Positions 40,601 through 45,823 of a stretch of 64,000 bases of DNA are shown piece after piece (positions within the stretch are counted from its first letter, which is position 1; every line of letters begins with the position of its first letter). This DNA comes from Schmidtea nova. Lineage: Eukaryota. The DNA lies in the NCBI GenBank assembly GCA_044892505.1, contig CM097882.1:239382001-239446000 (forward strand), given 5' to 3'. A program made the translations under genes and the position numbers. Below the pieces are notes generated by a model, which saw nothing but the letters and a program-made list of their open reading frames with translations, was not told the DNA's origin and did no database searches.

Positions 40601-42611
40601 AAACGCGACATCAAAAGGAATAACAAGGAAACTCGAATTCAGGGAACTAAGCCAAACGAATGAACAAATGGACGCAGAAAAAATAATAATCGACCCTCAA
40701 GCAAAATGGACACCCGAAGAAGTTATCAAAGAAGTCAAAAGAAAGCAAGAGGAACGAGAACAATTAATGAGAAAACTAAAAGGACAATACGGAATAATGT
40801 TCAACCAAAGCAAATCTATACAAACAGACGAGAATAAACAAATCAAAGAATTAATTGGCTTAGGAATATTAACAGCGACCATACCCGTAATAATCGCGTT
40901 ATCAGCTATATGGATACGCAAGATAAACCCAAGGAAATCGGCAACCCAATGGCCAAATATAGACAATACAAGCCATGGAGTTGAAATACTGGAAGAAAAC
41001 GCACGAGAAGAACCAAAACCGACCAGGAATAAGAAAGAAGCAAAAATCGCAAAACTAGGAATGAACAACAAAGACAAGGAAATAAAAGAGATTAAAGGAG
41101 AAGAGAAAAAATATGAAAGGCGAACCAGAAGCCTACCGCAGAGTTCAAAATGGTTGGGTCTAACAATAATATTGACATTAATCAATGGGGAAGAAGCAAT
41201 AAACCCACAGACAGGGATAAAAATAATAAATGTCCAGGAAGTCGAGAAAATATGTTGGTATAGAGAAGATGAACCAATTGGAGAAAATAACCCACTAAAA
41301 TGCATAATCCGAAAATCCGACCAGGATATAATACGAATAGAAGAAATGGATGGAGGGACCATGCATCGGATATGCATAATAGAAAAGGAAAAGAAGTCGG
41401 GGCTACCTAAGACAGTCGTATGCCAAAAATATGAAACGCCTAGACTTGAATGGTATAGAGTAAAACCAACAAAGAAAGAAATCAAAAACACAATAGATCA
41501 ACCAGCAACTCAGATGAAAAACACAACGGACAAACCAGGAGAAGGGGAGAGAAGCACAAATAACACGAGAGAAGAAGTATCACCCCAACAAGATTTCGTA
41601 TGCATAGCGTTAATAATAGCAATGTCCAAACGTATCGATAAAGGAATAAGAATAGAACAAATGGCTATGACAATAAGGAGAAAAAACCAAAGTAACAAAA
41701 TATGCTGGGTATGGTACAACGAACCAAGAGAATACCAAGTTCAGACAAGCGACGAATCACGAACAAACAAGGAAATCGAAATACAAGAAATACAAATGAA
41801 TGAAGAAGGAAGTATATGTATATGGGAGAAAGGAACCCAAGAAGATCAACCCGGAATAGAAAATTGCAAGACATTCCAAAAAGGAGAAACTCTGAAATTC
41901 GATGAAGAAGAACTAACTAAAACAGAAAGAACTCTGACATTAACAGGACTCGATCAGACAGTTAAAGTAATATGTTGGACAAAACATAAACCAGAAGTGG
42001 AAGAAGACAACCTAACCCACTGTAAAGAAATAAAGAATAAAGAAAAAGTCGAATTAAAGAAAATGGAAGTAAATAGGACATACGCGATATGTACCTTCAC
42101 CAGAAAAGGTTCAGAAAAACCAGAATGCGGATTATATCAGATCTCAGAGAAACTATCACAACAGACCGAACCAGGAGGCGTAGAAAACCAGACGACGAAA
42201 AATGACGTCAAACAACTACTAAACCGCCATTGGTCTACCCAAGAAGTAATGAACAAAGTCAAGAGTCAAATACCAAAAGAGAAGAAGCCAGAGGCTCAAA
42301 CCCAAAATGAGATAAAAGCGAACCAGAATAAAAGAGAAACAAACAGTGGAAAAACAATAATAGGATTAATGAGTATAGGAATATTAATAGCATATGGAAT
42401 ACTGACGACAAGCATAATAGTATATTGGAGATACAGAAAGAGAAACAAAGCGACAGCCATACAATGGCCAGATATTAAAATCATGAAACTAGGAATAGAA
42501 ATACCAGAGGAGATACAGAAAGAATTTCAAAGAAGAACGAAAGGTAAAGAATTCTGGAAACAAATAGAAGATGAAGAACGATACGAAGAAAAGACGATAA
42601 TGATGGTATAG
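25695..42611 (+). CDS. 5638-aa polyprotein: Gag - Ubl x4 - Bcl-2-like - Env-like glycoprotein - PR - RT - RNase H - IN - ANK - FN3-like/TM modules
   Basis: Uninterrupted ORF; the track start is TTG and the first in-frame ATG is at 26127. Motifs: 3 CCHC knuckles (26838-26990), DTG (33525), YIDD (34740), RNase H DAS (35187), HHCC (35832-35954), DDE core, GPY (36756). Confidence 0.95.
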   Translation: MRKGAKSVAIKPTKKQKAGKDNHKNPQGSKARKIIRDKSIIENDKLSVVSNSSSNKENQAEPKENQTSEIESDETINDNIEEVENEVEPEVETNESDNESIISDNEGIRETESDSSSSGTEDEHNNELETRGNESKITQDSGIEMGEPREEIKDKFSGEPFNGDASKLEIFLKEFGIFVEVCKWKAETTASRIQLYLKDSALDLYLEAKNGTNPPTSWSAIKDFFQQTFGINKVLSEAFIEFSMRKQKMNESNAVYASELKKLAKSVFKDGGPINEELMAAIFIGGLRRPDIRAQVGCQGCKTIDQALETANRFELHMIGSEGRIYLAMDTAQTEPEVNLNNHIPNSQQLNRPPPQRRNEGNKVQNFGNQNNYHPQGQTKQCKTCGKLGHWQQECYQNLNCGKCGVKGHSESRCSTIICFNCGRPGHYSRNCGQKGNQRGNWQNNGNRPNYGNQTNTANRQDYGNQQVNNNNNQNKTTTKEIHLMQEVQRLTELINNTTRGNPQTNQQQISMMRKIESENERLNRESQARHAQEWARIQREDEQKQQERERQPLRINMLRATNQTDTREKETTLEMNSIDPNPADNESRKEIVQKDEEVEKEVEKEAETEINQEERRKIWKKGMMVIMPNDHVFRFQYNAKEKVEILFNKVNQMIPGVTKLPREAFLQIGDAPSVKLKLTDIWENMGVTETKRNVMRIKEIESEEIPPPVRHETRISRIFKGKMIRRRLKEIDELEKKMRKVEVIEDKSEPTLEIAKNEPEPTENIQGETNQIAHISMLRNTTREFSDEEEDSDISSLAGDILNESEDENKEREVIKTSEPTQIKVDEIQKLLDNSLEVIYNEEFMDKKQYRKFMKALLQMNYKDWLQDREVDMLNRYVGKLIEEPLLNYTISIIINTSTPRIWIKTPFTDDIYRWVEDRLGSSYKNKFIYSQNRLVKKRTHLVETGIWPGEITLLSICDEKEEENLQEVAREANTCFERRIKPRLEYEKERVLRKNLNSLIEQIIPQVKKHRKELMRSEYEKLKRCIECIRDTSHTRWSQISHDKLIAKMGKTMFRQGKITDLKISVELPNEDTKEIEVVADCTIKELINVINETLVQREPEDEWEDDIIIQYNEHVLWDHDERRLYKIGIWDNHQTIHVIRMDDTPRETAKDEKRERERRKEVVRKLQQIVEIYRNWRIWPEWENVLEELNLNRRIRTPIEKQWNEKGKCWEPKEGEYEEEYERGMEDDCEPEMRRVCMVTRKATPIDLDGPETAAIWVEKEKQKTEEFVEILKTNAHGKRKIIKGLADFFVVNGEDITCLRKVAKAIAEYKRVNEWCPEQLDHVIRKWRNQEFSQEIPQKVHLRIIYPNKDKEELWVGIAEKIRDIKKKLRYEPPFHLQHQGRSLDNSLEIRITPAQLDLMNTLTVEAIAGQPLKRKEENHKPHGSISTPSPMKSVLTPGTSSRRSETTPRGNREMTPPQPYDVDEILTDSDDMIEELTELTKEKDDNIFERIQELPTTIQVTNTGETEVEEEIIIEEINDLIEDEARGTNVENVQLTQEMERWLEERANEPRDVTEETGRATRFVETVTGMDRRPRGRPKTDPANVVIRNKDEKRQDQWEVCLKKLNKIAEIKEKETTPICQGEEWISKTIMEILAIIDPELKKYWRITEISEKAKSLHSAIAPILPEFIKVKTKSNHLDWQGTTTLIKKLTEGAETDNKYVIAIAYTIYNLLTLSRGRPKPTALERHIKNTAKIIAREIEPYIINKGGWETFIKTNQKKTQAKNMKKKFEKILEELEKEQAGTGNAKSSMNLSSIIMMMLIWMISTDSATAFEVFDCDQMKLGEKYSLRGTEQCKDATPVELQKIKKEQWYHVYQEAELIKTMVNECKVQKTRFAFYCGRGHYSAIVMPGTEREPIVLQGEDCEALFKHGEVTTRDKIKIKGKPGMMMQQTYYVAGRITGGEGYCQGETYPMFGTLATNLVVMDTYIVELKSYEAFFEPTTGEMKTLSMCKIDRSMCQTGMSTLVYKPKVNECQLQLLQGAKFDEIQGKTFQEEDDDDKARAKHLKEALENKRQLKPDHREKRIEMRATPTVLITTNQDVGMRFIKGKATLKCSTTVYETNYPGIYVSKQEVPNAKPKIDTMDIKLHLYVNNKMDFLFHRGQASLQKVYYDLINNDCILNREILKTKLAVAITNPDSAMPLLPLREGHFGRVVGEAMYVYICEKTHASLAATTQLKPGTCTNELEIDYKGKVRYVQPVTRIINPPGFEPNPFNCSNAYGPLYQKPDGKWVMFPGRSEVIAPREFELMQLSKDRQFSDVDVSNNGIYSPKDLEAARQNILFPARREALLSNIVTITGGTDYREGPNYELLLSPAHFKKATENMMKAMWGRFLIFGQMMAGILGVILIIQIVRVIITQMLACFDIYKREKRVNWKMVVGFLPFLAKTMVLHGHSKDIHRIKRLLKILAKMKGTDEEVGRKFKKIMNDEQARQQLKRERKGLWERVKGYKTQNDSSDDDDDDDDYKGGQVYKNQAPQYIEKNPADAWKCYAPPPTMYQEPLQGGKNSTMQMMPMTNVYPMIPEDYKMRRCRSVDPQGDTHTIAVMSSNTGPVLTTTIEINGREIEAMIDTGANISAIDIKWIPQEQRREIERTNVHVIACSKEVVEVAGRWWVKIRHLNTEIDTYVAVIPALSVPCIIGTDLMPALFKEIVIDLGTMRLKDRTGQICAIEAKVTSSKQMIIPARKEKICYVKIDPTIQGDMIFEPSKRFEKRKALPMARGLVNINDNGEIPINVVNFDEEDKIIYENERLGKLTPMMDIELPIAGAEKDKEPTWNIDSELLNENQKKQLEKLLTEYKDIFAASDLDLGTCDVTLHTIPLTDETPIALRPYKLAEAQKAVAEAEVKKMLDAEVIEPSCSPWQFPVVMVKKKDGTQRFCIDYRRLNTVTKRDTYPLPDINEMLLTLQGAAYFTSLDLKSGYWQIKMKEEDKEKTAFTIGRDLYQFRKMPFGLTNAPASFQRCMNFVTHGIKQCMVYIDDLLIYSSTFEQHIQDIRDVFVRLRQWKLKLKPSKCDWAKEKVTFLGHIVSAKGKEPDPRNIDKVKECPVPKTITQIQEFLGLCGYYRKFIKDYAGIAKPIQELVKKDVSFIWGDEQQTAFETLRDKLITAPILVHPDFKKPFLLATDASGYAAGAVLGQYDDEGKERVIGYYSRTFKKHEKNYSVTEREALAIILAIKHFKYLLWGHIICITTDYQPLVWLGQHKETSSRLMRWAMQLQEYSPDIKFKSGRANANADCMSRLTFPELTDPDVQRICVLIAEDLDFSELKKDQQEDRELGQIIEFLTSRNIEVLKDNKELKEHIGKYQHRYIINKGWLLIQDGEKRLMCLPENRRKEIMIQYHDGKLGGHMSEKKTINRMRQKYYWRTMEEDIKEWIKNCLTCATRKDSGKKWKNPLQPMPIPAEPMTTIAMDVIGPLPESLNGNIYILVITDYLTKFPEAFAMQDQKAKTVAKILVEEICCRYGTPKQILTDQGTNFMSELLGEVTNYFRIAKLRTSPYHPQTNGQTERFNGTLIRMLSNYVSRHQTDWDEYIKLCLMAYRMSIHAATKLSPFQLMYGRECNMPIDLEYQPPLSQYMEDDDYVTKFKERMQEIWKTAELNIKFYQESYKDLHDQKKNVKANDLKPGDWVIIETPEIIPGTVKKLQRPGRGPYEIIYKKDNNVKVKLINRPLIRPIYVNTCRCKKVPKTITTTPENRIITRSQTARINMLRANTSEDDKTEIRQKEIRNKEILLKAREIMGRWHVRDEAGISRDIRHIISRYAQGLPTEPIISELLIKIPEILLLKDVGGQPALHNAIQCKNIERAKEFLKIAKDTNQNLDVGNREQETPLMTAAIYQADKEMVDLLIKARFSWTERDREDKTVLNHAIWSSHQLMLEYIIANSTWEIDELVKGDIIKEAIKIGKCNTIRKLIKWKRPEDDTWVLDINEVYSEGQNALLRYLLKFTCDQKTLLTLLDRGNINITKNEEEHKFDKEKEVLFNKIRKWCAKPLDKLITYKDINNFNDKYQTIVSEYEELVKILNHPEKCKQVLERKERESNKKLTPLFKAEAPYQARLDAIQEKAKELLPDFENCQHALEILGALVEKVHAYAKGTYNGNDITTIKKEMPVTFLLPKDGIMPIHRALRNGKDRKVMEIARIMLNCGSNMNMVDEKGDTLMIFAARAKTKTKVLEELYKAGAGLTGKTDKDNSILDVALLTHNWEMVNFIKTISNQEEIDYLTDTVRKPSVLAMMNNVELTESILTWINPNTNEPAFKINEFTEHNQNWCIRSALITYKWPEILKMFMERKDLRVTNNPREGKYTGKWKELMRTYINNWIKAKKEILEYKSTNKIIPEQIETQEFEASNLTTLAYAKLIEEINVEDDIFDEPGGDDNTDSDDGNNSENSSDHEPPDKEENERKDKKRDKEGKKGEDEKQRDEEREQGTNDQGDKNDTQRTGYKSTIKPFFKPELLLLTMIITLINPSQGMTCEERAIIQIKNAKGIERVCWSKKDKITEQNSPMDCRISKHEQEIIEINDLDLNTWYKICTVRKQKHPRSHNKIACAKYQTPKAAMTIQQSPKGDYIIGKCGRTETQGTENKKPQATDKQTTPTLRITIERPEARVATNETERVSYQMEVLCLALILIMIKRLEEGIEIETMTITEVEDTQNTNIKCWARNNEEIGVNEIRKSRKPTTNKVIKISEVKADKTYKLCLLEKETNKKGTTKCKTFQPGEVIKFRRRTRKRNKQIKRKVNITLEIKEIEPNVKGVCWRKYEKEVNKRTTPHCRTNTGTTTIQIKGLESKQTYEICLVKKNDQITINDLECGIYTTSSGTRTKTLTRKNKRKQRNKGKPKYTTTFKNNKQPTNQEVTTKPERKTSATLTLWKIENKTLEICWIIVQKHIRRQSRECRKTNKEIKIEKLQFNSEYEVYAIEIMDALRNQQERCETYYTPVNATSKGITRKLEFRELSQTNEQMDAEKIIIDPQAKWTPEEVIKEVKRKQEEREQLMRKLKGQYGIMFNQSKSIQTDENKQIKELIGLGILTATIPVIIALSAIWIRKINPRKSATQWPNIDNTSHGVEILEENAREEPKPTRNKKEAKIAKLGMNNKDKEIKEIKGEEKKYERRTRSLPQSSKWLGLTIILTLINGEEAINPQTGIKIINVQEVEKICWYREDEPIGENNPLKCIIRKSDQDIIRIEEMDGGTMHRICIIEKEKKSGLPKTVVCQKYETPRLEWYRVKPTKKEIKNTIDQPATQMKNTTDKPGEGERSTNNTREEVSPQQDFVCIALIIAMSKRIDKGIRIEQMAMTIRRKNQSNKICWVWYNEPREYQVQTSDESRTNKEIEIQEIQMNEEGSICIWEKGTQEDQPGIENCKTFQKGETLKFDEEELTKTERTLTLTGLDQTVKVICWTKHKPEVEEDNLTHCKEIKNKEKVELKKMEVNRTYAICTFTRKGSEKPECGLYQISEKLSQQTEPGGVENQTTKNDVKQLLNRHWSTQEVMNKVKSQIPKEKKPEAQTQNEIKANQNKRETNSGKTIIGLMSIGILIAYGILTTSIIVYWRYRKRNKATAIQWPDIKIMKLGIEIPEEIQKEFQRRTKGKEFWKQIEDEERYEEKTIMMV
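26127..26990 (+). CDS. gag: Gag (capsid-like region + three CCHC zinc knuckles), part of polyprotein
   Basis: FNGDASKLEIFLKEF...W capsid-type start; CKTCGKLGHWQQEC, CGKCGVKGHSESRC, CFNCGRPGHYSRNC. Confidence 0.92.
27564..29927 (+). CDS. Region with up to four ubiquitin-like (beta-grasp) domains, part of polyprotein
   Basis: Best copy 28884-29123 (LKISVELPNEDTKEIEVVADCTIKELINVIN...IQYNEHVL...RRLYKIGIWDNHQTIHVI) follows the ubiquitin pattern; weaker copies at 27564-27791, 28362-28571 and 29721-29927. Confidence 0.5.
30495..30971 (+). CDS. Bcl-2-like helical domain, part of polyprotein
   Basis: BH2-like IEPYIINKGGWETFIK (compare WIxxxGGWxxF) ending a ~160-aa helical segment; BH1 is degenerate. 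Confidence 0.6.
31077..32912 (+). CDS. env: Envelope-like fusion glycoprotein (chuvirus-G / class III-like), part of polyprotein
   Basis: Signal-like MNLSSIIMMMLIWMISTDSATA|FEVFDC; Cys pattern ECKV..RFAFYCG; YVNNKMDF...LQKVYYDLINNDCILNREIL..LAVA..P..A...GHFGRVVGEAMYVYIC...CTNEL; TM at 32817-32912. Confidence 0.75.
33444..33800 (+). CDS. Retropepsin aspartic protease, part of polyprotein
   Basis: IEINGREIEAMIDTGANISAI ... CIIGTDLM; boundaries approximate. Confidence 0.93.
34140..35530 (+). CDS. pol: Reverse transcriptase + RNase H, part of polyprotein
   Basis: SPWQFPVVMVKKKDG, RFCIDYRRLN, LDLKSGYWQI, MPFGLTNAPASFQ, YIDD, FLGH; LATDASG, YSVTEREALA; boundaries approximate. Confidence 0.97.
35790..36870 (+). 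CDS. Integrase (HHCC, DDE, GPY/F), part of polyprotein
   Basis: YHDGKLGGH...CLTC; AMDVIGPLP; LTDQGTNF; YHPQTNGQTERFN; GRGPYEI; boundaries approximate. Confidence 0.96.
37170..38430 (+). CDS. Two clusters of ankyrin repeats downstream of integrase, part of polyprotein
   Basis: GQPALHNAI, ETPLMTAA, KTVLNHAI (37170-37450); GIMPIHRAL, GDTLMIFAA, NSILDVAL (38151-38430). Confidence 0.8.
39156..42480 (+). CDS. Two tandem membrane-protein modules: signal + 4 or 3 Cys-containing FN3-like repeats + TM, part of polyprotein
   Basis: Signals LLLLTMIITLINPSQG (39156) and WLGLTIILTLINGEEA (41151); repeats with CW...I.I..L...Y.IC...C..Y/F; TMs at ~40851-40917 and 42357-42428. The repeats are clear; the FN3 fold is inferred. 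Confidence 0.55.
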
Positions 42612-42738
42612 GGGCGGATTATGACTGTAAATAATAGTGTAAATAACAAAGCATTACCGTAATAGTATGGGTATCGATATTATAAAAAAATTGTAAAAAG
42701 ATAGAAAAGCAAAGTAAATAATGTATATAATTTAGAAA

Positions 42739-43095
42739 ATGACCGAACAGGACGAAACAACCGAAATAACTATGGCTATGAGATGGAAAGCACAATGCGA
42801 TTTATTAGTACGAACAGTCAACTCATTACAGAACCAATTAGCGGAAAAACAAATGTTACTATCAGAAAGTTATAACAATTGTTTCGAACAATTACACAGA
42901 ATAGAGGAACAACAAAGAGCGATAACTGAACTCACCAGGGAAAATCAAACGATAAGCAACACCAATCAAAGACAAGCAATAGAAATAAACCATTTAACAC
43001 GAGGAGAAAGAGAAGGATCCGAAGAAGGATGGATGAGTTGGGTAATAAATAGATTAAACAACGAAGCGGAACCAGATTCAACGAATGAGCCATAG
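42739..43095 (+). CDS. 118-aa coiled-coil protein, unknown function
   Basis: ATG-initiated ORF on the element's coding strand; Q/E/L-rich heptads. Confidence 0.65.
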   Translation: MTEQDETTEITMAMRWKAQCDLLVRTVNSLQNQLAEKQMLLSESYNNCFEQLHRIEEQQRAITELTRENQTISNTNQRQAIEINHLTRGEREGSEEGWMSWVINRLNNEAEPDSTNEP

Positions 43096-43192
43096 ATAAA
43101 TAAAGCGAAAAAAAAAAACTGTAAATATGTAAAAATAAAAACAAGAAAACCAAAAATAAATGACAGGTCGAATGTATATATTATTGTAGAAA

Positions 43193-44569
43193 ATGGACCG
43201 AGATGAACGGGTAATCGAAATCTTGAGATTAGAAAACAGAAAATGGAGCAAGAGGCTCACATGCGGAAAATGTAATAATTTATTGCGAGAACCCAGACAA
43301 ACGATATGTGGATGTAGAATATGTACAAAATGTATACAAGAATTAGATGCAACAGGAATAACAACATGCCCAGAATGTAAGGAAGGAAGAATAGTGTTGG
43401 ATGAAACCAGAATGGACAAAGCAACCCAAAGAGAAATTATGAGCACCACAACGGAGTGCGTAAATACACCTTGTACATGGCAAGGACAAATAAGTAATCT
43501 GGAAAACCATATGGAAAAATGCGAGGAAAAGAGAGCCGAATGCGAGAAATGCCAACAGACAATAACTCTAAAGAAGAGAGAACAACACAAGGAAGAATGT
43601 AAAGAAGAAGAAATCGCATGCGAGTATTGTGAAACTCGAGAAACAAGGAGAAAAATCGAAGAAGAACACTTAAATATAACAGAGGAGAAAGTATGCAGAC
43701 AATATGTAAGCAAATGTCCAAACAATTGCGAAATAACAGAAGAAATAAAGTTACATGAACATTGGAAAATATGTACCGAAAGGCCAAGAGAATGTCCATA
43801 TAACAAGCATGGATGCAAGGAAAAGCGGACGCGAAAAACAATGAAACAACACTTGGAAGAAGCAGCACTAACGCATGTGGAAATGACAAACGAAACGACA
43901 AAAGAAACAGAACAGACAGTCCAGAAATTAGAAAAAGAAGTAGAATCACATAAGATAATGATGAGTTTACTACTAGAAACAAGAGAGCAGTTTGAACTAA
44001 CTCGCGAAAGAATGGAAAAGAAAATAATAGCCATAGAAGAATTAGGAAAAGGAATGAAAATACAATATAATCAACTAATACGAGAAATTGACGAAAGAAG
44101 GGACTTACCAATCGCACCTTACCTATGGAAAGTAACAGATTTCAGAGACAAACTAGCAGAAGCCAGAAATATGACGAAAACAGCAGTAATAAGCCCACCA
44201 TTTTATTTATGGAAAAATGGGGTTAAAATAAGATTGAAGGTCTACCCAAATGGAGACGGAAGAGGACAAGGAACACACGTATCAATATTCTTCTCGTTAT
44301 GTAAAGGAGAATACGATGACCTAATAGAATGGCCCTTGAAAGTAGGAGTCATTATAAGAATCAAAAGTATAGGAAAACCAGTAGAAAAGTTCTTTGAAAC
44401 AGACAAACATACGAGTACAAGCGAAAAACCAACAACAGAATGCGGACTAGCAGCAGGAGAACCAATGTTTATAAGGAAAGAAAACCTATGGGAGCGACTA
44501 TATGCAGACACGCTATACATAGAGATGGAGAGGCATGAGAAAACGGATAGAAAAGGATGGTTGGCGTAA
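43193..44569 (+). CDS. TRAF: TNF receptor-associated factor homolog (RING - Zn fingers - coiled coil - MATH), intronless
   Basis: RING CGKC..LLREPRQTICGCRICTKC...CPEC (43262-43378); TRAF Zn fingers; MATH YLWKVTDF...SPPFY...IRLKVYPNGDGRGQGTHVSIFFSLCKGEYDDLIEWP. Confidence 0.93.
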   Translation: MDRDERVIEILRLENRKWSKRLTCGKCNNLLREPRQTICGCRICTKCIQELDATGITTCPECKEGRIVLDETRMDKATQREIMSTTTECVNTPCTWQGQISNLENHMEKCEEKRAECEKCQQTITLKKREQHKEECKEEEIACEYCETRETRRKIEEEHLNITEEKVCRQYVSKCPNNCEITEEIKLHEHWKICTERPRECPYNKHGCKEKRTRKTMKQHLEEAALTHVEMTNETTKETEQTVQKLEKEVESHKIMMSLLLETREQFELTRERMEKKIIAIEELGKGMKIQYNQLIREIDERRDLPIAPYLWKVTDFRDKLAEARNMTKTAVISPPFYLWKNGVKIRLKVYPNGDGRGQGTHVSIFFSLCKGEYDDLIEWPLKVGVIIRIKSIGKPVEKFFETDKHTSTSEKPTTECGLAAGEPMFIRKENLWERLYADTLYIEMERHEKTDRKGWLA

Positions 44570-44683
44570 TGAAGGAAGTAACCATGTAAATAAACTGTAT
44601 AAAACAATATGAAATAACAAATAATCAAAAACAATAAAAATAAAAAAACTGATTAAATATTCTTTTTATCTGTAATTATAGAA

Positions 44684-45745
44684 ATGGGAAATATAGAAGT
44701 AACCTTACAAGAAGTAACCGTACATCAAGACGAAATGATCAGAAATCACATGGAGCGGATTGGGATATGGATTCACGCCTATTATCGTAAACAGGAAGAA
44801 TTAGAAAGACAAACCGAAGTACTAAGAGAAGCTGAAGAAAGGAATCAAAGAAGTAGAGAAAAAATAGAGGAAGTCTATAAATTACTGAGGCAACAAAACG
44901 AATACTACAAAGGAATGATGAAAGAGCGACGAGAGGATAGAGATAGACAACAGATAAAAACAGACCACAAGATCCAGTCCATCACCGAACAAGCAAGATA
45001 TTGGAAGAAAGAGGCAAAAGACTCTTACAAGGAAGCAAGGGAGATAATTGAACGAACAGCGTATAGCGATGATTGGAAACTGTTTAAAGAGATCGATGAA
45101 TTAAAAGAGGAATTAGGGCAAAAGATCAGTCAAGAAGCGTCAAATAAGGTATGGAGTAAGAAAAGACAACAATTCATCAGAGAACAAGCCAAGAAAATTA
45201 AAGAATTAACTTATCAAGTACAAAGAATGGGAGAAGATTTAGCCAATCAAGAACAATTAAAAGGTATGCTGACCGGAATGTGGAATCACAAGGAAGAAAA
45301 CATGAAAAGAGACATAAATGGATACCAAGGAGTGATTACCCAGAAGAAAATAGAATTAAAAAGAACTAAAGAAAGACTAGAAGAAACGAGGCAGAGTTAT
45401 GAAGAGAACATAACCAATTTGACAAAAGAAAACGAAGAACTGAGAAAGAAGCTAACAGAAAAACCAGTACCCACAAAGGAAACAAGTATCACAGCAGCAG
45501 TGACCGAAATGATAAAGAAAGAAGAGAGAGAGAAAAAATTAGCAGAATTGGAAAAACAAATAGAAACCCTAACAGAGCAGGCGAACTATCTGGAATACTT
45601 ATTAGATGAAGAGATTCAGATATCCCACACATACCGAGAGGAAGTGGAAATGTGGAGGAGTACGGTAATATGGATGCCACTCCCCATAAATCAGGTGGAA
45701 CCTCAAGACGAAGGTTTTCACGAACCTAACGAAACCCTCGTGTAA
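44684..45745 (+). CDS. 353-aa long coiled-coil protein, unknown function
   Basis: Intact ORF, E/K/Q/R-rich heptads throughout. Confidence 0.75.
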   Translation: MGNIEVTLQEVTVHQDEMIRNHMERIGIWIHAYYRKQEELERQTEVLREAEERNQRSREKIEEVYKLLRQQNEYYKGMMKERREDRDRQQIKTDHKIQSITEQARYWKKEAKDSYKEAREIIERTAYSDDWKLFKEIDELKEELGQKISQEASNKVWSKKRQQFIREQAKKIKELTYQVQRMGEDLANQEQLKGMLTGMWNHKEENMKRDINGYQGVITQKKIELKRTKERLEETRQSYEENITNLTKENEELRKKLTEKPVPTKETSITAAVTEMIKKEEREKKLAELEKQIETLTEQANYLEYLLDEEIQISHTYREEVEMWRSTVIWMPLPINQVEPQDEGFHEPNETLV

Positions 45746-45823
45746 ATGAGCGGAAACCAATTGTAAATAGATGATGTAAAATAAAAAGCGTCAAGCTGTA
45801 TTGACTCCTATGTAAAGATAGAA

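Noticed and set aside
25597-45680. Many minus-strand ORFs (60-320 aa, Leu/Phe/Ser-rich) over the element
   Set aside because: Shadow frames produced by the A-rich sense strand, which yields few stops on the reverse; no motifs.
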